Shown here: positions 34,772-45,100 of the stretch, piece after piece
How the letters are laid out: the number at the start of each line of letters is the position of its first letter
Numbering within the stretch: position 1 is the first letter of the stretch
DNA from: Callorhinchus milii
Lineage: Eukaryota
DNA length: 52,734 nucleotides
Assembly: GCF_018977255.1 (NCBI RefSeq)
Contig: NW_024705345.1
Location: forward strand, 1 to 52,734
Direction: 5' to 3'
Position numbers and translations under genes: made by a program
Notes under the pieces: generated by a model
What the model was told of the DNA's origin: nothing
The model's input: the letters and a program-made list of their open reading frames with translations, nothing else
Databases searched by the model: none

Positions 34772-34898
34772 CAGAGGTCGCAACCGGGTACCCGATACCC
34801 GGCTACCCGTACCCGGCCAGGTACGGGTACCCATTTGCGACCCTGGTGCGGCCGGGTACGGGTACGGGTAAGGAATCAAAACCCGTTTGCGACCTCTG
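34772..34898. mobile_element. hAT-type MITE
   Basis: Same TIRs, 8-bp TSD CCTTGTAC. Confidence 0.9.
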
Positions 34899-35523
34899 CC
34901 TTGTACCCTGTTCAAAACCACGCTCTGATATGCCAAGCCACAGCCACAAAACGAGTTACGCCGCAGACTATTTGTGAGTTGGAATCCTCCTTTCATTTAC
35001 ATTTCACAACAAGTGGAATTCTACAAATTATCCGCAATGCCCACCTGCAATTTGCACAGAGCCCCCTAACGAGAACCACTGCAGCGTGCACACCACTTTC
35101 ATGGCTTTATTTTGGTGATTTCGAAAAGTGTATTGGTTTAGCCATGTTTGTTTGTTGTAGTACAGAGTTAGACTGATGGCCTTAATCTAAGTTGTCTTGT
35201 GGTTGTTGTTGTTGTTTGACTTGCATCCCACTGGGATTATGACTGCAGGTATTGTGGTCTATGTAAACATGACTCCTTGTAAAAAAGGTGTCAGTTTTGT
35301 TGCCAGATAGAATGGTAAAAAAACAATTATCATTATTATATTATACTTTTCATATTAATGCAGTGGCATTGATAATTGCGTCGAGTTGTTCTTGTTGTTT
35401 ATGTTTTGTGCGCCACTGCGAATCATTTGCTCACATTTAATCTACACCCACAGGTGCGTGCTTTTCGGTGACATTTAACGGAGGAAACTGCGCGGACGTG
35501 AGGCTGGGGCAGCTGCCGCTTAC

Positions 35524-35644
35524 ACGGGGCGTAGTGTTGAGCAGGGTCCGGACGTCCTTCAAGTTGCTCGACAGCAGGGTCTCCGACTGCCGGATGTTGT
35601 TGGTCACATTGTTGTTGGCCACGTAGGCACACACAATGCCCGCC
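35524..35644 (-). CDS. PROM1: Prominin exon AGIVCAYVANNNV...LLNTTPR
   Basis: gtgcag acceptor, gtaagc donor, 121 bp. Confidence 0.9.
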
Positions 35645-35719
35645 CTGCACGGAGACGCAAAGGGGAAGCAGAAACACGTTTTACTTACCGCAGAGAACAC
35701 ACAAACACTGCTGGCTTAA

Positions 35720-36052
35720 CTCTACGGGGAGGTATTCCACGTCACTTTGAGATCCTTCAACAAACTCCGGGATAAGAAGGCTCAGCTGACCGAGTATTAT
35801 TTCCCCTTCTACGTGGTGACTTTACCGAAAGAACCAAGAAGATGAATCCCTGCAGTCACGAAAGCTTCAAATCGAAATTTAACCGCCTCTACGGGGAGGG
35901 ATTCCACATAACTTTGAGATCCTTCAACAAACTCCGGGATAAGAAGGCTCAGCTGACCGAGTATTATTTCCCTTCTACGTGGTGACTTTACCAAAAGAAC
36001 CAAGAAGATGAATCCCTGCAGTCACGAAAGAAGCTTTAAATCGAAATTTAAC
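35720..36052 (+). mobile_element. Tandem 2 x about 167-bp Penelope 5' fragment
   Basis: Units start at 35720 and 35887. They match the leader and first codons of 24088-24722. Confidence 0.8.
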
Positions 36053-36064
36053 GAGACGACTCAC

Positions 36065-36273
36065 TCGACGGCGAGCGTGACGAGGAGGAGCGAGGCGCCG
36101 TGGCAGCTGCGTTTGCAGTCGTCGTTCTTCCGTGGCCTCCGAAGCATCTCTCCGCGGCGGTTCCCGCAGCAGCGGCGGCGGCGGCACATGCAGCAGCCCG
36201 CCAGCGGGAGCAGCAGCAGGAAGGCGACGCCCAAAGCCGCGCACACGATAAAGCCGAGCTCATAGCGGATGAT
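36065..36273 (-). CDS. PROM1: Prominin exon with TM segment and Cys-rich loop (IIRYELGFIVCAALG...VTLAV)
   Basis: ccctcag acceptor, GA|gtgagt donor, 209 bp. YE.G...C..LG pattern typical of prominin. Confidence 0.9.
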
Positions 36274-36831
36274 CTGAGGGCAACGTGAGCCACATCACCA
36301 AGTCACCCACGCCGAGTTGAACCGCCAGGCTTGCAGGTTACGGCACTTAATGATGGTATAATCGTTTCGAGGTGCAACGCGCTTGCACGGCGTTCACCAC
36401 AGAGATAGAACAACTCAGAGGTGCCAGGAACCACAGACAAGCGGGGATCCTCTGTACAGTGGAACCTCGGTACATGTCGTTAATTCGTTCCAGAAGGTAG
36501 GACTTATACCGGAAATGCCGTATAACAAACGAGTTTTTCCCATAAGAAATAACGGGGAAGGAAATAATCTGTTCCAGAGAATAAATGATATTTTATATGG
36601 CATATTATACATTAATAGGGCTGTATAAAATTATTTAGACACTACTTATTACTAAAATGCATACATACATTGAAATAAATGCATAAATAAATACAAATAA
36701 ATTGAAATAAAAATAAAATTTAACATCACTTTATCTTGCTGAGAGGAGCCTACGGGGATGGTGGTGAGGAAGAGTCGTGAATGGGGTCTACGCGGTGACT
36801 CATCACGACCCATACAAGTTCTAGCAAGCGC

Positions 36832-36907
36832 GTCGTATCCCAAGCAAGACGTCGTATCCCAAGCAAGGCGTTGTATCCCAAGCAAGACATCGTATCCCAA
36901 GCAAGCA
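36832..36907. repeat. 19-bp tandem repeat x4 (GTCGTATCCCAAGCAAGAC)
   Basis: Visible. Possibly the subterminal part of a pogo/Tigger-like element starting TACAGTGGAACCTCGG near 36455. Confidence 0.7.
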
Positions 36908-37006
36908 CTGAGGTTGTGAAAGTGATGCACGACGACACAAACAAGTGGCTCGTCTTTGCAGAGCAGGCAAGAGCGCAAGTGAAAATTGCGAAGCGTGCAA
37001 ACTAAC

Positions 37007-37065
37007 CTGGCGATAGTCCTTGTTTACGACTCCAAAACCTTGCTTCATAGCTTTGGCGAGTAGCT
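37007..37065 (-). CDS. PROM1: Prominin exon (E)LLAKAMKQGFGVVNKDYRQ
   Basis: ctctcgcag acceptor, CAG|gttagt donor, 59 bp, phase 1 to 0. Confidence 0.7.
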
Positions 37066-37600
37066 CTGCGAGAGAGAAATGCCGCGAAAAAATGTAAACC
37101 TCACAATCTCTTTGAACAAAAACAAAGTAATGAATTGTTCCCGGTAAACGTTTTCAAAGGTGTGCATCGCGTAATCTTTGCCTTGATATGCACGCGCACG
37201 TATCCTACGCGACCAAACTCCGCACGTAAAGTGCCGCTGTGAAATATTTCTGAGCGTGGAAACCTGAGCACAAATTTGTGAACATAAATTGTGCCGAAAC
37301 TTGCTATGGAGCGGCGGTTTTCTGCGTGTGGCAAGGTCACCACGTGTGGTTACACGAGACATCTCCCGGGGGTACGTGAGACAATTCAGAACCAGAATGT
37401 GTTTCTCGTGGAGGAATCCGATGAGCTATGAAGCTCTGTTTCACAGGTGCCCGGTAGGGGCACGGGGCCAGAACGTGACAACAACAAACACGGCAGGAGT
37501 GAAAATATACGAGAGGTGAACAAATCACTTGAAATATATACAAATATATAAATATATACAAATATATAAATATATACAAATAACACTTTCTTTTTCTTAC

Positions 37601-37691
37601 CAGGTAAAGCCCACTGAGCTTTTGGTTTATTTTTCAGAAGTGACCTGGGCACAATTAATAGCTCAACCAAGTGGCTTATGACGTGTACAGA
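37601..37691 (-). CDS. Candidate upstream prominin exon (3' part), abutting an LTR
   Basis: Strong donor G|GTAAGA at 37601/37600. Phase 1 joins the next exon to give ...ALP-E-LLAK (cf. FPE-D in PROM1). The frame is open up to the LTR at 37692. Homology is weak. Confidence 0.35.
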
Positions 37692-39139
37692 TGTAGAGGA
37701 GTAGAAGAGAGTGGTGGCGTCGTGTGCGCTGTCCGGTGCGGTGACCTCACGGGACGTGGGGTCGCACGCGCTGGGCAGTGCACGTGACGTCACCCCTCCT
37801 AGGGTATTTAAGGGAGACCCCGTAACGTAAGCGGGGTCACTGGAGGAACGGGGATAGTGGAAGGGGTAAAGAGGGAACCAGGGATAGTGATAAGTGTTAA
37901 TAAACCCTGGCGGAAGCCCCTAACTCAACCTCCGTCTCCGAGTACCTCCGTCTACGACTCAACAACTGGTGTCAGAAGTTTACACCGTCGCCAACATGTA
38001 TAAAGCGTAAGAACCCACCGGCACATGACTTGGAGGGTGCCGAAGGCGGAGAGGAGGCTCCAGCAGTGACCCCGGAGCCCGGGACCCCGGTGACGGTCCC
38101 CATGGAGACGAGCGGGCCGGAGCGGGAGGAGTCGGCTGCGGGGAGTGCCAGCTCACCGCCGCCGCCAGAGACGGAGAGCGTCCCCGCAGCTCTGCTGCAG
38201 CAGCTCCTGCAGGCGGTGGGGCAGCTGACCGCCAGGTTGGCCGAGGTGGAGGCGCGGACGCAGCCAACCGCCCCGCACGCGGGACGGGAGCAACTGTCAA
38301 CTGCCAACGTTGGAAGCGCCGCAGTTTTCCCAGCGACCGCTCCACCGGAAATGGCCGCCATGTTGGCTGCGACGCAATCCGCGGCGGCCATGTTGGCTCG
38401 GGAGCCGTATGCAGCCGCTGCTACGGCTGCCATGGCGACCGCGACGCCGCGTCTCTACACCGACGCGGCCGGGATTTCTTGGCACGCCGCTCCTGCGAGA
38501 CCAGCCGCCGGCGACGACGCGCAATCCGCGGCGGCCATGTTGGCTCGGGAGCCGTATGCAGCCGCTGCTACGGCTGCCATGGCGACCGCGACGCCGCGTC
38601 TCTACACCGACGCGGCCGGGATTTCTTGGCACGCCGCTCCTGCGAGACCAGCCGCCGGCGACGACGCGGCACTACATCAAGCTGCGCCCGCCGGGGGGGC
38701 CCAGGGTAAGTACGCGCGTGCCGTCCTCGCCGGGCCGCCGGGGTGGGCAGCGGCGGCTGCTGCTGCCCCGTACATCGCTGTGCCGCCGGAATGGGCCGCG
38801 GGTGCTGCCGCGGCTCAACCTGTCGCTGCGCTCACGGGGCCGGCCACCGGCGATGCCGCGGCTCTGCACCTCGCCGTGCCTGCGTCCCTTCTCATGGATG
38901 ACGCCGCGGATGCGTGTTATTCCGCCGCGTCTTCGGCGTGGCCCATGGAGGCTGCAACGCCGTGGTGCCTCGCCGCGTCGCGAGAGGTTGCCGCGGCTGC
39001 GGCCGCTGTCCCGCACCTCGCTGCGCCGGCGGGGAGGGCCGCGGGGGCCACCGCGGCTCCGTGTTTTACCGCCGCGTCTTCGGCGTGGCCCGGGGAGGCC
39101 GCAACGCCGTGGTGCCTCGCCGCATCGAGAGAGGTTGCC
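37692..39139 (+). mobile_element. Left end of a second LTR retrotransposon (LTR 37692-37964, PBS 37967-37979, gag-like leader)
   Basis: TG...CA LTR with TATA-like box and AATAAA, tRNA-Leu PBS TGGTGTCAGAAGT, long Ala-rich ORF running into the gap. Confidence 0.85.
38030..39139 (+). CDS. Putative gag N-terminal region, Ala-rich with 49-aa repeats
   Basis: Position after the PBS and a coiled-coil-like LLQQLLQAVGQLTARLAEVE. No diagnostic gag motif before the gap. Confidence 0.5.
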
Positions 39140-39169
39140 NNNNNNNNNNNNNNNNNNNNNNNNNNNNNN
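39140..39169. other. Assembly gap (30 N)
   Basis: Run of N. Confidence 1.
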
Positions 39170-42100
39170 AAGCTAGCTTAAGATGACTTGAGCCACAAGC
39201 ACCTACATTTTCTTGCTCTTAACAATGTACTAAGAGGGCCTATCGGCTTTAGTAGCGTAGTCATGAAAGTTTAACTCTACCGCTAATATCTATGCCGTTT
39301 ACGTACCGTCTGGACGACGGGTGATAGGTACTCGGATCGTCATTCAACGGAGGTTAGCGTCATCGGCCTTGTGTTCTATAAAGCTTCCACGCAACATTAT
39401 CCTCACTGTGTAGTGCCTAAGGGAAAACAATATAAACCTGAAGTCCCTGAGGAGTAGTAATGGGCGTCGTGGAGAGAGGAACGCTGCTCTATACTCAGGG
39501 TTTTAGGTCGCTAACTGTTTACCGAGCTGTGCATTCGTCCTTCAACGGGCCCGAATTTCTATATATCCTTGCCGTAAGATTGCGCAAATAACCGTCGAGA
39601 TGTTTAGAAAGACCGGCGGATGCCGAAACTATGGAAGAATCTGAATTCCCAGCCAAAGATGGGTCGTAGCAGTTAAGCTCTTATCATAGGGGTATATATA
39701 TTAGCACACGTTGCCCTCAGAATGGAAGAAACGATAGTTTAGCAAACGAGCTGATAGTAGGCATTCAATGAGTATTTAATGGTCGTTAACGTAACCATCG
39801 GAAGTAATTTCATCCCTATCGCAACGTGAGTGGTACTGGCACTCCCGGTACTCTATACGTTTAGACGCCGCCACGAGTTGGTAACTTGGTACATGGTCAA
39901 TATGAGACTATCTCGGCAGTTGAGATGATGCAGAATTCAGTCCGCAGTCTCGACATTAGCACTATGAGTCTAAACCTATGATTTTCGTGCGGTTTCGTTC
40001 AGGAAGTGTATAGACTGCCCAGGAGAATCTTCGCTTGGTCAGCATGGTGCTTTAACAAGCGCCGGGACCCAGGTAATCCTAATACCCATTCTCTTATTAT
40101 ATATCACCAACTTGATACCACACTCCAGATTCACTTCGGAGAGAAGAAAAACCTAAATAAAGCCTGCGTCACTAGACGCTTTGTTTACAAAAGGATAGTC
40201 GATTCAACGAACTAACTGAAATGTAGCCCACAGCCAAGGCTGTATTGACGGCCGAAACCAGATCCTAATGGGATGTGTCTTGGCACGTCTGGAACCAAGC
40301 TTCAATACGAACTCGTATATCTTGCCGGAGTATGATGCAACGTGTTGCTTAAAAGGCTTGCTAGGCGCGTGCCTTGCTCCTAGAAACAATGCCGTAGCCA
40401 CGGACTTGGCCGGGAGGAACACTCGGGTATGGCAGGGATTAAACTCACAAGGGGACTTGGAGTGAATCTTGGGATCTTTTGACTTAACTCTACAGGAGTC
40501 CATGGGTACAAATATAAAACAAGCGTAGTACTACGGGGTGTTTCGTAGGTACAGAGTTCGAGTGCTGATACGAGACCTCCACTCTCGGTCCACGGTCGAC
40601 GAGGCCGGGGTACCCCCACATCAATGATTACTCGCAGTCAGGATGCCGCCTGTGGCAGTAGGGGCACTCTAATAACCATAATAACGTGGCGCGAGTACCC
40701 CGGGGCTGCGTGATCGCAGGGCGAGAAAACGGGCTTCATTCGAATTTCAGGAAAAAACGTTGGCACATCACTGTCTTATTAATGTTACCATTACAGCACA
40801 ACCACGTATAGTTTAAGCGCATCTTGTCTTGCGTCTTGTGATCCTGTCTCTGTAAGTTGGCTAGCAGCAGTCTTGCCATAGTAGTTCCAAAGACTCGGGG
40901 GCCACACTCGATACTTCTGGTAAGTCAGTCTACTCACCTGGTCAAACGGGAAATCTGAGCGACTCCATAGGTGAAAAGTCCATTATCCCGGTTATTGTTT
41001 TATACTCAGGTCTTTGATTTCAATTCGCCGCATTGCAATAACTCCGTGAACAAACAAATCCGCTTAAAAGTATAGATAAAGCAGAGGTTCTAATCGCTAA
41101 AAACTGTGAGTGAGACGCCTTGTGTACGGTATCGAGTGTAATATAGCATACGATCGATACCTGAGTTCCCTGTTCTTAGGCGCATTGTTAATGTTCTACG
41201 GTTATACGAACCTTAATCGAACAGCAGATCGTCTGGAGTGCGAGCGGTCCTTCTTCTGGATCAACTATGGTCACCGCCCTGAAACAACGTCACACTGAGG
41301 CACTCCTGTTCGTTGGGTACGAGATAGTTTGGTCTCTGCAAATTTTGCTTAGGAGGCTTCTATCGATGGGGCGCATGGTTGTGCTGGCCTCTGAACTCCT
41401 CCAACTGTCGTGGGTTGTACTGCAAGAGAATCCATTGGCCCAACGCTTTTTTTGAGATTCTGCATTGGGCGGACCTTTAGGACTTTCGCGCAGCTTAAAT
41501 CGTAACTTGTCACCGTTGTTTGTCCCCGAATGCGGTAGTACGGGCTCTCCTTGAGGTGCTGCCCTCATGATTTCTAGTAACTGACTGTAGGTAAGCACAG
41601 ATATCCTTAGTTCGGATAGAGTCAGCGGGTCAGAAGGCCTTGTGTCACAGTGTGTGCTCAAATTGCAGTGCCTACAACGTAAGACAGGGCCTTCCCCTTC
41701 GACCTCCTTCTCGTATGTATCAATCACATCTTCTTCAAGCGCCGAGTGGGTACGTCAGTTCCTAGCGGAGCGCGACCATGACATAAAACGCTACTAAGCG
41801 CACTCTAATTCGCATGATCACAAGAACCACCTAAATTGTCGTACCCTTGCTGCAGAAGGCCGGCAGCTCATACGTCAGCCCTCGCGCGCCATAGCACCTA
41901 ATCTGTTTGGCCAGTCTATCGGGACGCACGGACACTGAGAGATAAACTTACATCGGTTGACACCATATTACGGCGTCCACAAGGCTCACCGCGCTCCAAA
42001 CTGGCGATTTCTAACTACAGGCTCATCCGGGCACGGTATACCCTGCGGAAATCCCAAGGGTGGAATGAAAGCCACCGGAGCCAATCGAATTACGTCTTAA

Positions 42101-45100
42101 TCGTTGGCAAGGCAATCCTGATCCGCCGAACTTGTGAATTAGCTTCTGTGTACTGAGGTAGCTGGGATTAATAGGCGCTTTAAAGGTATACCTCGCCCGC
42201 CGTACTGGAATTATGGAGCATGTACCGGTCAACGTTGATGATGTGTTAGAGCCGCCGTGAGTGACTTACCTAGGCAAATCGCGTAGTGACGCCTCACTCT
42301 GGAAACATTCGTCATCAGCCATTGCACCCCGCTGAGCCCCATTTGGTAGTTCCTCAAGTAACCTCTCACCCGGTTCGATATGCCCGAAGCATTATAAGGA
42401 AAACCCAAAGTTTGATTATAAGTTTCAGCCACGGCGACCTCTTCTTGTGCTAGGGCCGTTAAGTCTGTTGGTCGCCATAATGGAAGGACCATTTTACACT
42501 TGTACCCGTAAACACCATTAACAAGTAGTCGGACCGGGCCCGCTAATAAAATAGATAGCCTACATCATTAATACCGGACATCCGCCGAGTCTACAGTCTT
42601 GCTCATCTCCTCTATAAGAACCTTTGAACCATTGCACTTTTCGGTTGAGGAATACTCATTTTGACAGTTTATCACGAGTGTCACGTACTAAGTGAGTAAA
42701 ACACTACGTTGCTCTATGCTGACAACGCTTGGGCATGCTGTATGAATGTCTGTATCGGGCCGGTACCGCGCTGGTGCCGATGAGTGTTTAAGGAGATTCA
42801 CAATGTAAGTCAAAAGGACGTGTGAGGGGACCAAAGGGGTTGCCCTTACTGAAGGAGGTCCGCTACGGTCTACCGTTACCCACGACCGTAATCCCCTTAG
42901 CCATGGACAGTTCAGGTCCGGGAGGCAGATCATATAGACGACTGTGACAATCTGTCATATTCTACTTAATTGGTAGACAAATTGAGCGGTGTATATTGTA
43001 CCTTAGAGCTATGCACTAAGTAAATTCGAACTGCGTTGGCCAAAGCAATGCGCCTGCCGTACCCCGTACTTCATCTATTGAAAGCTGTCAGTGATTAGCT
43101 GTGTCTACAACCTAGGTCTGTAACATGGGTCTCAGCTCCGAAAGCGTTATTCCGGATTAAACGATCATCCGTTGCGCGTAACTCAGGAAGTCTCTGTGCA
43201 CAATCGGTCGCGCAAAAGCAAGCAGTGTACTAGCGGCTCCACAATGAGATGAGCTGCCGTCATAAAATATGCGGCTGAGACACGTTTGAACACTCCCGTG
43301 CAACAACACCAGCATAGTCCATTACGATCTTTCTTACAAGCATACGGCCTATCATGATATGCGTTACAAGCTTTTCCCTAAAGTCGATAGTAAGTTGGGG
43401 CGTGCCAGTAACTGAATTGGCTCCTGGCTTGCTAAGTCAGAAGAGGAGCTAGCCAAGTTCTGGCGCTCTGAAAACGTGCATTTTGGGATTTAATTGATCC
43501 AGCCCGCTGCCCAATGGAATCCGTGTCCACGGACGGTAATAGGTTATACCAGGGAGTCATAGTACGCCATAGCCGGAGCTCACTGTTATGTCGTTGAGAT
43601 TACCTTATTCTAAGCTCTGCGCATAGACCGGGATCTAAGCGGGAATCAAAACGCGGTAGAGGGACGGCTGTGATACAACCCGCCTTGTGAGTATTACACA
43701 CTAGGGCTGCCCATTCAGAACCGAAACGCTAGTCGTACAGTCCCATGGAACACCGTATATAGCTTGTACTGTTATGGCGTAACAATTCCTGAAGTTCTCG
43801 AATCGCGCCTTGTCAAGTAATAAACGGAATAGGCACATCAGAGCGCCACCGCTAATAGCATCCCCACGTCGGATCTGTTAAGGGCACTACCACGGCGGCC
43901 CCAGGTGCCTCAAGGTGGAGTGTTCTCGCGGCGTCTTTAAACACACTCGTAAAGACGCCAGCAGTGACTGTACTGGCCGAGGCATCCTCCCCAGGTGAGC
44001 CCAATGACGGTTCTCATTTTCATTGGATACGGTAGCCGACACGGCTGCTCAGAATCTAACATTGCCATGTACCAACCAAAGGTCCTTACGATCTCGTAGT
44101 CGTGTTTCACATACGCCGTCGTGAATGTCCCCGTTATATCATATCTCCTTTACACAGAGTATGATCTCCCCGAATGGCCGAAGGTGTGGGGACGTGTTTC
44201 CTATGTGGCGAGTGTATTTTTATTGGATTAAGCGTTTCACTACTTCTTCCTACCAACAAATAGTACTCCTGATGCTCCATACGTTCCGATACTGACGGCG
44301 AGGAATCCACAGAATAAAAGATCTCACTTAAGGGAGCCTATGGACCTAACCAAGGTTTACCGGGAAAAAATAAAGTGGATCGAGTTAGTTAAGGTGAGCG
44401 CAATACGAGATAAGGTCGCCCAACGTACCACACACACGGCGGCGACATTGATCTAAGTCTGAAACGCATAAATAGACTATACGCTTTTCAACATATAAGC
44501 GAACCTAAAGTTTGTCGAGGACATGCCAAATAACGGGGATAGCAGAACACACACTAAGCTAGCAAGACTTTATCGTTCGGGGGATCGGTAAACCTCGCTC
44601 AATAGCGAGAGTTAAACTGCGAAATGCTTGTCCGGGTAGCAAGAGTCAGGCCACACTGCAGGATAGGGGAACGATACTCCCATGCGAGGGACGCGTCCAA
44701 GCGTCGGAGCTCGCCCAGCTCCAAGAGCGCCCTTCATCGCATTAAACGCGGGCGCTAAAGGTGTCGATCGCAGTCTATAGGCTCCCTATGTGTCTCCCAA
44801 TAGATAATGATGTTCTGGACAGGTTACGTTGCTAGTGTCCGTGGTAATACCACACATATACTGGCTGGGTAAAAGAACTGATCTTGTGTTAACGTGAGTT
44901 ACAATAAGTTATGGCCGCTCGGCTTGTCCCCGACATACGTCGCAGGACGCGTGGCGTTGTTAGGAGGTTCGTCACTATCTGGTACTCTATGACGGCACCA
45001 CAGTTGTATGATACAGGACTCTTGAATCAGCTTTAACTTAAATTATGGGTCTCAGATAATTGATCACGCTGTGTCACATCATGTTTTTCGAAGAGAATAG

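Larger units (their letters stand above)
1369..37065 (-). other. PROM1: Prominin (PROM1/CD133-like) multi-exon gene, 16 exons traced, incomplete at both ends
   Basis: Minus-strand exons with AG acceptors and GT/GC donors. Phases join into a prominin-like protein (Cys-rich segment after TM2, VLGGNVEKLFCQP, DCK..N motifs). Many exon lengths (121, 64, 90, 75, 64, 160, 124, 85 bp) match those I recall for vertebrate PROM1. PROM1 versus PROM2 orthology is not resolved. Confidence 0.9.

Noticed and set aside
36722..36748. Possible prominin micro-exon
   Set aside because: An AG is present, but no donor gives a phase-compatible length.
42661..42690. TTGACA as a bacterial -35 box
   Set aside because: No correctly spaced -10 box and no downstream gene.
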